A DNA stretch of 56,686 nucleotides from Planctomycetota bacterium. Its GTDB lineage: Bacteria > Planctomycetota > B15-G4 > JADJEK01. Positions 37,207 through 46,480 of the stretch are shown here, in pieces (positions within the stretch are counted from its first letter, which is position 1; each line of letters opens with the position of its first letter). The position numbers and the translations under genes were made by a program. The notes under the pieces are model-generated. The model was given only the letters and a program-made list of their open reading frames with translations. It did not search any database and had not been told where the DNA came from. The stretch spans positions 1 through 56,686 of the forward strand of contig JBGAIQ010000036.1 of NCBI GenBank assembly GCA_044225365.1. The letters run 5' to 3'.

Positions 37207-38354
37207 GGACCGGCCTCCTTCATCCTCGTGTAGAAATCGAGCACGAGCCGCGCTTGTCCCGCGATGGAATAGAGTCGCTCCGCCCGCGATCGCGCCGCGA
37301 TCGAAAGCGCGCGGCGCCGATCATGCTCCGTCGCGATCGCGATGAGCGCCGTGGCAAATTCCTCGACTTCTTCGTTCGCCACGATCCCGCACTCTCCATC
37401 CCCCACGATCTCGGGAAGCGGCCCGCGCGGTGTCACGACGAGGGGAAGCCCCGCGGCGAGGAGTTCGCGCGCGGCGCGACAACTACCATCGCTGCCGGGA
37501 ACGAGGAAGATCGCCGCATCGAGGCCCGCGAGCGCGGATACGTAGGATTCACCCTCGCGGTAGCCCGCAAGTCTCACGGAACGCTCGAGCCGCAGACGCG
37601 CGATCGGTTGCTCCGCGACCTCTTCGATGTGGGTTCCGCGACCGATCACCACGAGCTTCGCGCGTGGACACTCCGCGACGACTCTCGCGAACGCCTCGAA
37701 GAGGAGGTCGTAGCGCCGGTGCCGCTGCACTCGCGCGACGATTCCGAATACGACGTCGTCGGCGGCGAAGCCGAATTCCGCGCGCAACGACTCGCGCAGG
37801 GGTGCGAGTCGCGGGATGGCGAATCGTTCGATGTCGACGGCCCCAGGCACGACGGCGAGTCGCTCCGCGGGAAGATCGGTACGACGACGCACCTCCGCCG
37901 CGGCGCTCTCGGACGCGGCGAGCACGCCGTCCGTGAGTCGCGAGAACGCGAGCGCGGTGCGGATCACGGGCGAGAGATCCGGTCCACCGTAGACCGTGCG
38001 GACGATGCGCGGTCGACTCGTCGACGAACGCGCGGCGGCCCCGAGCAGGAGATGATCGTTCATGAGATGGGCGTGGACGACGTCGTATCGACGCTCCGAC
38101 AGCAGATCGCGCAATCGCCGATAGTCACGCGCACCGTGCCATGGATCGAAGTGCTTGCGCAGTCGCAATCCATCGATCACCGCGAGTCCCGCGGCTTTCG
38201 CCGCGTTCTGCACCAAGTTCGCGAGGTCGGCATGCGGACACGCCCCGCACGCGAACTCGACCTCCGCGAGCGGCTGCAGCGCCGCCGCAAGGCGCACCGC
38301 CGGCTCGGCGGGGCCCGTCCACTTCCAGTTCGAGAAGGCGTGCAGGATCTTCAA
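37188..38354 (-). CDS. Glycosyltransferase family 4
   Basis: TTG overlaps the kinase stop; NWKWTGPAEP, VHAH, GIVAR, GSDGSCRAARELLAAGLP. Confidence 0.85.
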   Translation of the reverse strand: MKILHAFSNWKWTGPAEPAVRLAAALQPLAEVEFACGACPHADLANLVQNAAKAAGLAVIDGLRLRKHFDPWHGARDYRRLRDLLSERRYDVVHAHLMNDHLLLGAAARSSTSRPRIVRTVYGGPDLSPVIRTALAFSRLTDGVLAASESAAAEVRRRTDLPAERLAVVPGAVDIERFAIPRLAPLRESLRAEFGFAADDVVFGIVARVQRHRRYDLLFEAFARVVAECPRAKLVVIGRGTHIEEVAEQPIARLRLERSVRLAGYREGESYVSALAGLDAAIFLVPGSDGSCRAARELLAAGLPLVVTPRGPLPEIVGDGECGIVANEEVEEFATALIAIATEHDRRRALSIAARSRAERLYSIAGQARLVLDFYTRMKEAGPWRRGS

Positions 38355-40000
38355 TTCGCTCTTACGGGAATCGCTTTCGAAGGAACATCCGAGAGTCGCC
38401 GAGTCGATCGAGCCGCGGTGCGATCTCCGATCGCGCGCGCGGTCGAGACCCCGCCGAGCGCCCCAAACCGCTTCTTCAATCGCCGCAGGACGAGGAGCCG
38501 AAGGTAGAGCGGCGTCGACGGAGCGAGATCGTTCAGTTGCGCCAGTGCCTGGATCATGCGTTCGCGCGTAGGCTTCTTCAACCGCACTCCATCGAAGTCG
38601 CACAAAGTCGCGCGCGCAACGCCTTGCGCATCGACGGCGACGAGCACGTTCTTCGGCGAGAGATCGTTCACCTGCGCGTTCGCCGCGAACAGGTTCGCGA
38701 CGAGGTCGGCGACGGCACTCGCGACCCGTCGAGCCTCTGCCGAACGATCGTCGAGCGTCGCCGTCGAATACCGAAACGCGAGCACATGCAGAGGCACCGC
38801 GTCCTTCACCTCGTCGCAGATCAAGAACGAACGATCGGGCGTCTGGATCCAAGCGACGGGTCGCGGGATCGCCACGTCGCGAACGAAGAGCGCATTGGCC
38901 GCGCGCCACGCCCGCTTCCCGCGACCGCCCGTGACCCGTCCGCGCAACGAGCGAACTCCGTCGCTCAGGTACGCCTTCACGGCGTAATGATCGTCCCCCG
39001 CTTGTCCGATCGCGACCTCGGAGCGGCGCGACAGGGATCGCAGGAGCGGGCCACCCGACGCGATCTGCTCACGAGCGGCGGAGATCGCGGCGAACAGATC
39101 GATCTCGGAGACTTCGCGACGCCGAAATCCGCGACACCCACCCCGCGCGATCCGCGCGAAGGCGGAACTCTCGACGAGGCAGCGCCTCGCCCGCGAGCGG
39201 ATCCGCGCGCGCTCGCGCCGCGCGATCAAGGAACGCAGCGCGATGCGCGTACGGTCGGTCGCCGCGACGAACGAACCGCCCGTGAGGCGCGCGTATTCGT
39301 CGAGCGCGTACTCGCTGTCCGAGTCATCGAGCGCGTAGCGCAGCGTATGCAGCAGATCGGCGAGCGCTCGCAATCGTCGCTTTCGCGAGGGAACGCATTT
39401 CGCGACACGATGCAGATCGATGACGTGGAGTGCACCATCCGCAGCGACCAGGATATTCCCGCCATGGAAGTCGCGATGGTCGAATCCCGCACGGTGGATC
39501 GAGACGAGCAGTGAGATCGCGGCCGAGAGAATTGCGCGCTTCTCCTGGCTCTTGCCATCCCCGGGGGCGTGACGCCGCTCGAGGAAGGTGCCGAGGGGAG
39601 TCGCGTCGCGCAATGCGCGCGTGACGGCGAAGGCGAAGCCGCGCCCGACATCGACGAACGAGGCGATCGGCTCCGGGGTACGAACGCCTGCCGCGAGCAG
39701 TGCTCTCGCGATCGCGATCTCGTGCGCGGCCCGACTCGCCTTCACCCGCGCCGCAACGGATTCACGGAGCCCCACGATCCGATGGTGCTTCACGATCAGC
39801 GAACCGAGGACGGGATCGTCGAGCACGAACACGGTGCGCTTCGTGTTCTGCTTCAGGATGCGCGCGCCGTGCATGGCCGGTGCGAAGAGTCGGGCCGCGA
39901 CGGCTTCACGCGTCTTCACGTCCACGAGGAATCGCACGCCTGCGATCTCGGCGGCGGTCGGCCCGGTTCGTGGTTCCGTTCGCGACAATTCGCTGCGCAT
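38351..40000 (-). CDS. Tandem two-domain LPS core kinase (Kdo/WaaP/InaA family)
   Basis: Domain 1 has IVK...E...HRDFHGGNIL...IDL; domain 2 has AVK...VNDLSPKNVL...CDFDG...LAQLN. Confidence 0.82.
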   Translation of the reverse strand: MRSELSRTEPRTGPTAAEIAGVRFLVDVKTREAVAARLFAPAMHGARILKQNTKRTVFVLDDPVLGSLIVKHHRIVGLRESVAARVKASRAAHEIAIARALLAAGVRTPEPIASFVDVGRGFAFAVTRALRDATPLGTFLERRHAPGDGKSQEKRAILSAAISLLVSIHRAGFDHRDFHGGNILVAADGALHVIDLHRVAKCVPSRKRRLRALADLLHTLRYALDDSDSEYALDEYARLTGGSFVAATDRTRIALRSLIARRERARIRSRARRCLVESSAFARIARGGCRGFRRREVSEIDLFAAISAAREQIASGGPLLRSLSRRSEVAIGQAGDDHYAVKAYLSDGVRSLRGRVTGGRGKRAWRAANALFVRDVAIPRPVAWIQTPDRSFLICDEVKDAVPLHVLAFRYSTATLDDRSAEARRVASAVADLVANLFAANAQVNDLSPKNVLVAVDAQGVARATLCDFDGVRLKKPTRERMIQALAQLNDLAPSTPLYLRLLVLRRLKKRFGALGGVSTARAIGDRTAARSTRRLSDVPSKAIPVRAN

Positions 40001-40174
40001 CTCCTTGCTCGATCGGGCCCTCGAAGATTCTTGCGAGGTCGACGAGCGGTCGCGAGTGTACGGAATCGATCGCGCACCGAGCAACGAAGCTCCTCAAGAA
40101 CGGGGAACGGGAAACGCGGCTCTCGATTCACCACGACCCGGTCGATTCACGAGCGGAACCGTTACGATGGCGGC

Positions 40175-41326
40175 GTGACCGTGACTCGGCCCCTACGGAC
40201 CTTGCATCTCGACACCGAGCGCACCTGGCGCGGCGGGGAGCAGCAGGCTTTGCACCTCGCGTCCGGTCTCACGGCCCGCGGGCACGTGGCGGAGGTCGCG
40301 GGGATCGAAGGGGGCGAATTCGTCGAGCGTGCGCGGGCCTCGGGCCTCGTTGCCCACGCCGGCCCGTTGCGCGGCGAGCTCAATCCGCGGGCGATCGGCT
40401 TCGTACGGCAGCTCCTCGAGTCGCGCCGCTTCGACCTCCTGCATGCGCATACGGCTCACGCCCACACGATCGGGGCGATCGCGGCGCGCCTCGCGGGCCA
40501 CGTCCCGTGCATCGTCTCGCGTCGCGTCGACTTCGCGATCAAGCGCGGCTTCCTCGGAATCAACGCGATCAAGTACCGCCGCGGAGTGACGCGCTACATC
40601 GCGATCTCTCGGGCGGTTCGATCGGAGCTGCAGAAGATCGGCGTCAAGGACGACAAGATCGCGCTCGTCCCGAGCGGAATCGATCCGCGTCGTCACGCTC
40701 ACGCCGATCGGACGGTACTCGCTCGCGAATTCGGTGTGGGCGATAGAGAGATCGTCGTCGGCGCGGTCGGGCACTTCGCCTGGCACAAGGGTTTCGAGAG
40801 CCTGATCGACGCCGCGCCGGCGCTGCTCGCAAGACACGCGGACCTTCGGTTCGTCCTCCTCGGCGACGGCGAACTGCGCGGCGCGTTCGAAGAGCGGCTG
40901 CGACACAAGGGCGTCGCCGACCGTTTCGTCATGCCGGGCTTCCGCAACGACGTCGCGTCGTTCGTCGAGCGCTTCGACGTCTTCGTCGCGCCCTCCCTGC
41001 TCGAAGGCCTCAACACGTCGATCCTCGACGCGCTCGCGCTCGAACGCTCGATCGTCGCGTCGAACGTCGGGGGAATCCCCGAAGCGATCGAGCACGAGGT
41101 CAGCGGCCTCCTCGTGCGCCCGGGCGATGTCGCCGATCTCGTCGCCGCGATCGATCGGCTGCTGAACGATCGCGTTCTCGCGCAGCGGCTCGCCGCGCGC
41201 GGCAAGCAAGTGGCGTTCGAACGGTTCACCGCCGACGCCATGGTGGAAGGCACGCTCGCCGTCTATGCCGACGTGCTCGCGGCGAGTCGTTCGCGAACTC
41301 CTTCCGCTTCGGAGCGCCTGGTTTGA
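40175..41326 (+). CDS. Glycosyltransferase family 4
   Basis: HLDTERTWRGGEQQ, HAHT, SRRVDF, KGF, EGLNTSILDALA. Confidence 0.9.
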   Translation: MTVTRPLRTLHLDTERTWRGGEQQALHLASGLTARGHVAEVAGIEGGEFVERARASGLVAHAGPLRGELNPRAIGFVRQLLESRRFDLLHAHTAHAHTIGAIAARLAGHVPCIVSRRVDFAIKRGFLGINAIKYRRGVTRYIAISRAVRSELQKIGVKDDKIALVPSGIDPRRHAHADRTVLAREFGVGDREIVVGAVGHFAWHKGFESLIDAAPALLARHADLRFVLLGDGELRGAFEERLRHKGVADRFVMPGFRNDVASFVERFDVFVAPSLLEGLNTSILDALALERSIVASNVGGIPEAIEHEVSGLLVRPGDVADLVAAIDRLLNDRVLAQRLAARGKQVAFERFTADAMVEGTLAVYADVLAASRSRTPSASERLV

Positions 41327-43326
41327 ACGAAGATCCACTCGCCGGCCACATCGAAAGATGCCGCGCGTCGCAGCGTTCGTCGGGCGCGGTCTCGATCCGC
41401 GCGGTCGTCGCGATCGTGGCCGTGCTCCTCATCGTGGGATACGTAGTTCGTAGCTTGCTCGCGCCCGTGCCCCCTTTGCCCACTGACGGTGCAGGACTTC
41501 ACCGTGGCCCGTCGACCACGGACGAGGACGCGCGAACGAAGGGCTCCCGCTCCGATCCTTCCGTCGGAGGATCGACAAAGAAGGATTCGAGAACCGACGG
41601 CTCGACGACATCATCCGCGACGCGGACGACGACGCCGGATGCGACCTCGCCGAAGCCTCCCGGTTCGTTCGTCGTGGCCGATGGATCGCGACTCGAGGGT
41701 CGCATCGTCGATCACGACGGAGCGCCCCTTTCGGGCATTGCGATCCGACTGCTCGCCCTCGACGGCGTCCTCGTGAAGATCCCTCGCGACCTGCACCTCG
41801 AAACGGTCAGTGAGGATTCCGGGCACTTCTCGTTCCGCGAGTTGCCGGCTTCGCTCCCCCTCGCGCTCGAGGTCGACCGCGAAGGTTACGCCAAGGTGCT
41901 GCGCGAAATCGGCGTCTTCGATGTCGGCCGCGTCGTCAGCGACGTGGACATCGTCCTCGAACGCGGGATCATGCTCCGGGGCATCGTCCACGACGAGAGC
42001 AACCGTCCGATCGCGGGCGCTTCGATTCGCGTCGAACTCGCGAATTCGGCGGCGATCGCCGCGCCTTCGACCGGAGCGATGACGACGCAGAGCGATGCCG
42101 CCGGCCGCTACGAGATCCATGGACTCGGCCGCACGCTCTACCGGATCGCGGCAGAGCACGATGGTTTTGCTCCTTGCGTCGAAGTGCGCTCGCTCCTCGC
42201 CATCACTCTCAAACCCGAAGCGCATCAGGATCTCGTACTGCGATCGGCGAACGGTTCCGCGTCGGGCCGCGTCGTCGACGATGCCGAAGCACCCGTTGCG
42301 GACGTCGATCTGCGCGCGACCGCCGAGACACACGTCGTGACGACCCGTTCGGACGCAGAGGGTCGCTTCGAGCTGAACGGGCTCGCGGATCGTGACTACG
42401 AGATCGTACCGACGAAGGAAGGAACGCACGCGGTGGCCACCGCGCATGCGCGCCCCGGAATGAAGGACGTCGTGGTCCGTCTCGCGCGGAACGGGGGCCT
42501 TCACGGGCGAGCCGTGCGGAAGGACGGATCGATCCCGAGCGATCTCGTCGCGGAACTCCATCGCATCGAGAGCGGGGGCGAGAAGCTGATCTGCCGCTGC
42601 GAGACGAACGGCGGGGACTTCGCATTGCGGGACGTGGTTCCCGGCAAGTACAGCCTCGAATTCGGCGCGACCGGCGCGTGCCGCTCCCGCAGTCCGGAGT
42701 TCACGATCGCCTCGGGACAGGATCTCGATCTCGGAGTCGCGACGCTCGGCGACGGCGGCGACGTCCACCTGCGCGTACGCCTCGGCGATCGCGGATCGGA
42801 CCCGGCCCCCGACGGAATCGCCTGCGTGCTCGTCCCAGGGGATCTCGACCCGTCGAATCCGGAATGGCAGGGCCTCGCGATCTTCCAGGAGTCCGCGAAC
42901 CGCACTGTCACCGCGAGCGGCGAAGCGATCTTCCGTCACGTCGTTCCGGGCGCCTACACCCTCTTCGTGACGCCCGAGAAGGCGGCGGCGACGTGTGTGC
43001 GCTCGGTCCTTGTCCACGAGGGCGAGACGACGGACGCCGGCACCGTCCTGCTCTCCTCGGGCGGACGCCTCGTGGGTCGCGTCCTCGACGTGCAGGGGGC
43101 CAGTCTCGCCCGCGTGCGCGTGACCGCGTCGAGTGCGGATGCGGGGAGCGCCCCACTCACGACGCTCACCGACGGCGGTGGCTACTTCTCGTTCATCGGA
43201 TTGGCGGCGGGCGAGTATCGCGTGACGCTACCGAGTCAGGACGGCGTTCGGGGAACTCCGCGCGAAGCGAGCGGCACCGTGACCAAGGACGGAACGACCG
43301 TCATCGAAGTGCGAGTGTACCCCTGA
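41323..43326 (+). CDS. Membrane-anchored protein with multiple carboxypeptidase-regulatory-like domains
   Basis: N-terminal TM helix, Ser/Thr-rich linker, repeated GR[IV]VD..G.P...[ST]D..G.F...L units. Confidence 0.85.
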   Translation: MNEDPLAGHIERCRASQRSSGAVSIRAVVAIVAVLLIVGYVVRSLLAPVPPLPTDGAGLHRGPSTTDEDARTKGSRSDPSVGGSTKKDSRTDGSTTSSATRTTTPDATSPKPPGSFVVADGSRLEGRIVDHDGAPLSGIAIRLLALDGVLVKIPRDLHLETVSEDSGHFSFRELPASLPLALEVDREGYAKVLREIGVFDVGRVVSDVDIVLERGIMLRGIVHDESNRPIAGASIRVELANSAAIAAPSTGAMTTQSDAAGRYEIHGLGRTLYRIAAEHDGFAPCVEVRSLLAITLKPEAHQDLVLRSANGSASGRVVDDAEAPVADVDLRATAETHVVTTRSDAEGRFELNGLADRDYEIVPTKEGTHAVATAHARPGMKDVVVRLARNGGLHGRAVRKDGSIPSDLVAELHRIESGGEKLICRCETNGGDFALRDVVPGKYSLEFGATGACRSRSPEFTIASGQDLDLGVATLGDGGDVHLRVRLGDRGSDPAPDGIACVLVPGDLDPSNPEWQGLAIFQESANRTVTASGEAIFRHVVPGAYTLFVTPEKAAATCVRSVLVHEGETTDAGTVLLSSGGRLVGRVLDVQGASLARVRVTASSADAGSAPLTTLTDGGGYFSFIGLAAGEYRVTLPSQDGVRGTPREASGTVTKDGTTVIEVRVYP

Positions 43327-44090
43327 TGCGTGACTCGATCCGCATCGGCTCGGTCTTCGGAATCGAGATAAGGCTCCACGTCCTGTTCCTCGTCATCGTT
43401 CTCGGCTTCCCGGCGAACACCTGGTACTCGGACGGACTGCGCGCGGGCCTCGATCTCCTCGCGCGCTTCTGCCTCGTCTTCTCGTGCGTGCTCGTGCACG
43501 AACTCGGCCATTCCCTCGTCGCGATCCGTCACGGCGTGCGCGTGCGCGACATCCTGCTGTGGCCGCTCGGCGGCGTCGCCCGACTCGAGCGACTGCCCGA
43601 CTCGCCGCGAGCCGAGTTGCTCATCGCGGTCGCCGGACCGCTCGTCAATTTCACGATCCTCGCGCTCCTGACTCCGATCCTCCTGCTCCGCGAAGCGCCC
43701 TTCCCGTCGCAGGCGATGATCGACGGAGCCCCTACGCTCTTCGAGTGGTTCGTCCTCATCAACATCGCGATGGGCACCTTCAACCTGATCCCCGCATTCC
43801 CGCTCGATGGAGGCCGCGTCCTGCGAGCTTTCCTCTCCCCGCGATTCGGCATCGTGAAGGCAACTTGCGCGGCCGTGGTGACGGGCCGCCTGCTCGCGGT
43901 CGTCGCGGTGGTCGCCGCTCTCAGCGATATCGAACTCGTATCGCTAGGACTCCTCGGTGCGTTCGTCTGGATCTTTGGTGGGCTCGAGCTCCGCGCAACG
44001 ATGCTCCGCACGCACGCGACCGCGTGGGGAGCCAGGAGGCTCTCGACCGGAGACATCACCGTTCCGATCTGGAAGAATGTCGCTCCATGA
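43326..44090 (+). CDS. Site-2 protease, M50 family
   Basis: HELGH, LWPLGGVA, AGPLVN, FNLIPAFPLDGGR. Confidence 0.92.
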   Translation: MRDSIRIGSVFGIEIRLHVLFLVIVLGFPANTWYSDGLRAGLDLLARFCLVFSCVLVHELGHSLVAIRHGVRVRDILLWPLGGVARLERLPDSPRAELLIAVAGPLVNFTILALLTPILLLREAPFPSQAMIDGAPTLFEWFVLINIAMGTFNLIPAFPLDGGRVLRAFLSPRFGIVKATCAAVVTGRLLAVVAVVAALSDIELVSLGLLGAFVWIFGGLELRATMLRTHATAWGARRLSTGDITVPIWKNVAP

Positions 44091-45040
44091 GTTCGCCGAG
44101 CCCGACGTCCGCCGATCGCAAGAAGGTCCTACGAGCAGCGGTCGGAGTGCTCCTACGGCTCAGCGCGATCTACGCGATCGTCCAGATCTCGACCGTGGTC
44201 GTGCTCGTTTTCGACGCACGCCGCAGCGACGTCCCCATGCCGCAGGAATTGCGAGCGCTCGCCTCCTCGAATGGCGGGTTCGATCACGTCGTCTTCCATG
44301 CTTCCGATGGGGTCCTGCTTCGCGGAGAGCTCCTTGGACAGAAGCTCTCTCGACCCACCGTCGTCTTCGGTCACAGCTATCGAGCTCGGCGGCGCCAAGG
44401 CGACGCGCTCGCCGTCGACCTCCTCAATCGTGGATACGCCGTCCTGCTGTTCGATTTCCGCGGCTGCGGCGCGAGCGACGGGACGTTCACTACCGTGGGC
44501 GGACGCGAGGATCGCGACGTGGTTGGCGCGATTCGCTTTCTCGAGGGACGCGGCGTCTCGCGCCAACGGGTCGCGTTCGTCGGCTGCTCGATGGGCGCGG
44601 TTGCCGCGCTGCAAGGCGCGCACGAGCTGAATGGTCTCGCCGCCGTGGTACTCGTCGCGCCCTACGCTCGAATGCTCGAGACGTTCGACGCGCGAACCCG
44701 CCACTTCGCCGGAATCCCGCTCACTCCGACTTTCGAACCCGCGCTGTGGCTCTACCGACTCGCAACGGGAGTCGATCCGAGCTCCGTGAACCCGATCGAC
44801 CGCATGCCCCAATTCGGCCAGGTCCCGGTCCTGCTGCTCGGCGGCGAGTTGGATTGGCGAGCGCCAGTCTCCGATCTCACGGCAATGTCCTCGCTCCGGC
44901 CGGACTCGACGGAAGTCGTCGTGATCGAACGCGCAGATCACTACGACCTCGGCGCCCTCACTCCCGACATCCGCACGCCGATCGTCGACTTCGTAACAGC
45001 TCACCTTCCTCCCGGAAAGCCCACGCCGGATCGCCACTGA
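44087..45040 (+). CDS. Alpha/beta hydrolase with N-terminal TM helix
   Basis: FDFRGCGAS, GCSMG nucleophile elbow, Asp in GELDW, His in ADHY. Confidence 0.88.
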   Translation: MSSPSPTSADRKKVLRAAVGVLLRLSAIYAIVQISTVVVLVFDARRSDVPMPQELRALASSNGGFDHVVFHASDGVLLRGELLGQKLSRPTVVFGHSYRARRRQGDALAVDLLNRGYAVLLFDFRGCGASDGTFTTVGGREDRDVVGAIRFLEGRGVSRQRVAFVGCSMGAVAALQGAHELNGLAAVVLVAPYARMLETFDARTRHFAGIPLTPTFEPALWLYRLATGVDPSSVNPIDRMPQFGQVPVLLLGGELDWRAPVSDLTAMSSLRPDSTEVVVIERADHYDLGALTPDIRTPIVDFVTAHLPPGKPTPDRH

Positions 45041-45056
45041 TCGCTCGCACCTGACC

Positions 45057-46457
45057 GGACCGCCGGGCTCTGCCCGGCATGATCTGGATCTGGACCGCCG
45101 GGCTCTGCCCGGCATCTTCTTGGAGCGAGCATGCCCAGCAACGACGGTGGAGGACTTCAGGAACGTGCCACCGTGGTTCGGACAGCACGTCGGGCGCGCA
45201 CGGGCGATCCTGCGCTCGCTCGCGCATGGGCGCTCGGCTCCGCTCCGGATCCCCCGAGCGCTTCTGTCCTTTCGAGGGGAACGTGAGTAGCAATCCACTT
45301 TGAAATGGATCGAAGAGCCATGGCGGTTGTGCCGCGGACGGCCCACCCTCCATGGCTTTCCCCACGTGTCTTCGCGACGAACCCTATGGGGTAGGTAGGA
45401 ACACGGTCACCGTGCGCGCCCGTAGCACGGTCCTCTTTGAAGGCGGCCCTTTTACCGTTCGGATATTGGACCGCCGGGCTCTGCCCGGCATCTTCCTCAA
45501 GAGCGTGCCGCCGCGGTTCGGACAGCACGTCGGGCGCGCACGGGGGATCCTGCGCTCGGCTTCGTCAGGACCGCCGGGCTCTGCCCGGCATCTTCCCTAG
45601 GCTGCCAAGTCGAGCACGACAGTCCAAGACTTCGCGAGCGTGCCACCGCGCATAGGATTGCGCCTCTGGTGCGCCCGACGCGATGTCCCATCCGCAAGCG
45701 TACGTTCCCGAAGTGGGCGGTCCGAAACAAGCGCCTACTGCTCGATGACCCCAAGCGGATGCCGGGCAGAGCCCGGCGGTCCGAGACTCACCAGGCACAC
45801 CTTCACGGAAAGATGCCGGGCTGAGCGCGGTCGTCCGATCCGAACGGTTAAAGGGCCGCCTTCAAGGCTCGCCGTGCTACGGGCGCGCGCAATTTCAAAG
45901 TGGGTTGCTACTACCGTTCCCCTAGAAGGGACAGAAGCGCTCGTGGGATCCGGAGCGGAGCCGAGCGCCCATGCGCGAGCGAGCGCAGGATCCCCCGTGC
46001 GCGCCCGACGTGCAGTCGTATCCACGGTGGTACGTTCCCGGAAAATATGCCGGGCAGAGCCCGGCGGTCCAATCGGACCTAGGGGTGGATCCCGGTATAA
46101 GGGCCGTTTTCAAAGATGACCGTGCTACTGGCGCGCACAGTGACCGTGGTCCTACCTACCCCATAAGGTTCGTCGCGAAGACACGTGGGGAAAGCCATGG
46201 AGGGTGGGCCGTCCGCGGCACAACCGCCATGGCTCCTCGATCCATTTCAAAGTGGGTTGCTACTACCGTTCCCCTCGAAGGGACAGAAGCGCTCGGGGGA
46301 TCCGGAGCGGAGCCGAGCGCCCATGCGCGAGCGAGCGCAGGATCCCCCGTGCGCGCCCGACGTGCAGTCCTATCCGCGATGGCGCGTTCCCGAAGAAGAT
46401 GCCGGGCAGAGCCCGGCGGTCCAGATCCAGATCATGCCGGGCAGAGCCCGGCGGTCC
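45057..46457. repeat. 1.4-kb modular inverted-repeat element (REP/REPIN-like cluster)
   Basis: 24-bp unit GGACCGCCGGGCTCTGCCCGGCAT forward at 45057, 45092, 45468, 45568 and reversed at 45759, 46047, 46399, 46434 (degenerate copy at 45813); perfect 65-bp terminal inverted repeats; inner inverted arms of about 290 bp. Confidence 0.93.
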
Positions 46458-46480
46458 GCGGTCGGGGACGGCGGGGTGGA

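Noticed and set aside
45057-46457. CRISPR array interpretation of the 24-bp repeats
   Set aside because: Spacing is irregular (35 bp to several hundred bp), both orientations occur, the intervening sequences are themselves repeated, and there are no cas genes.
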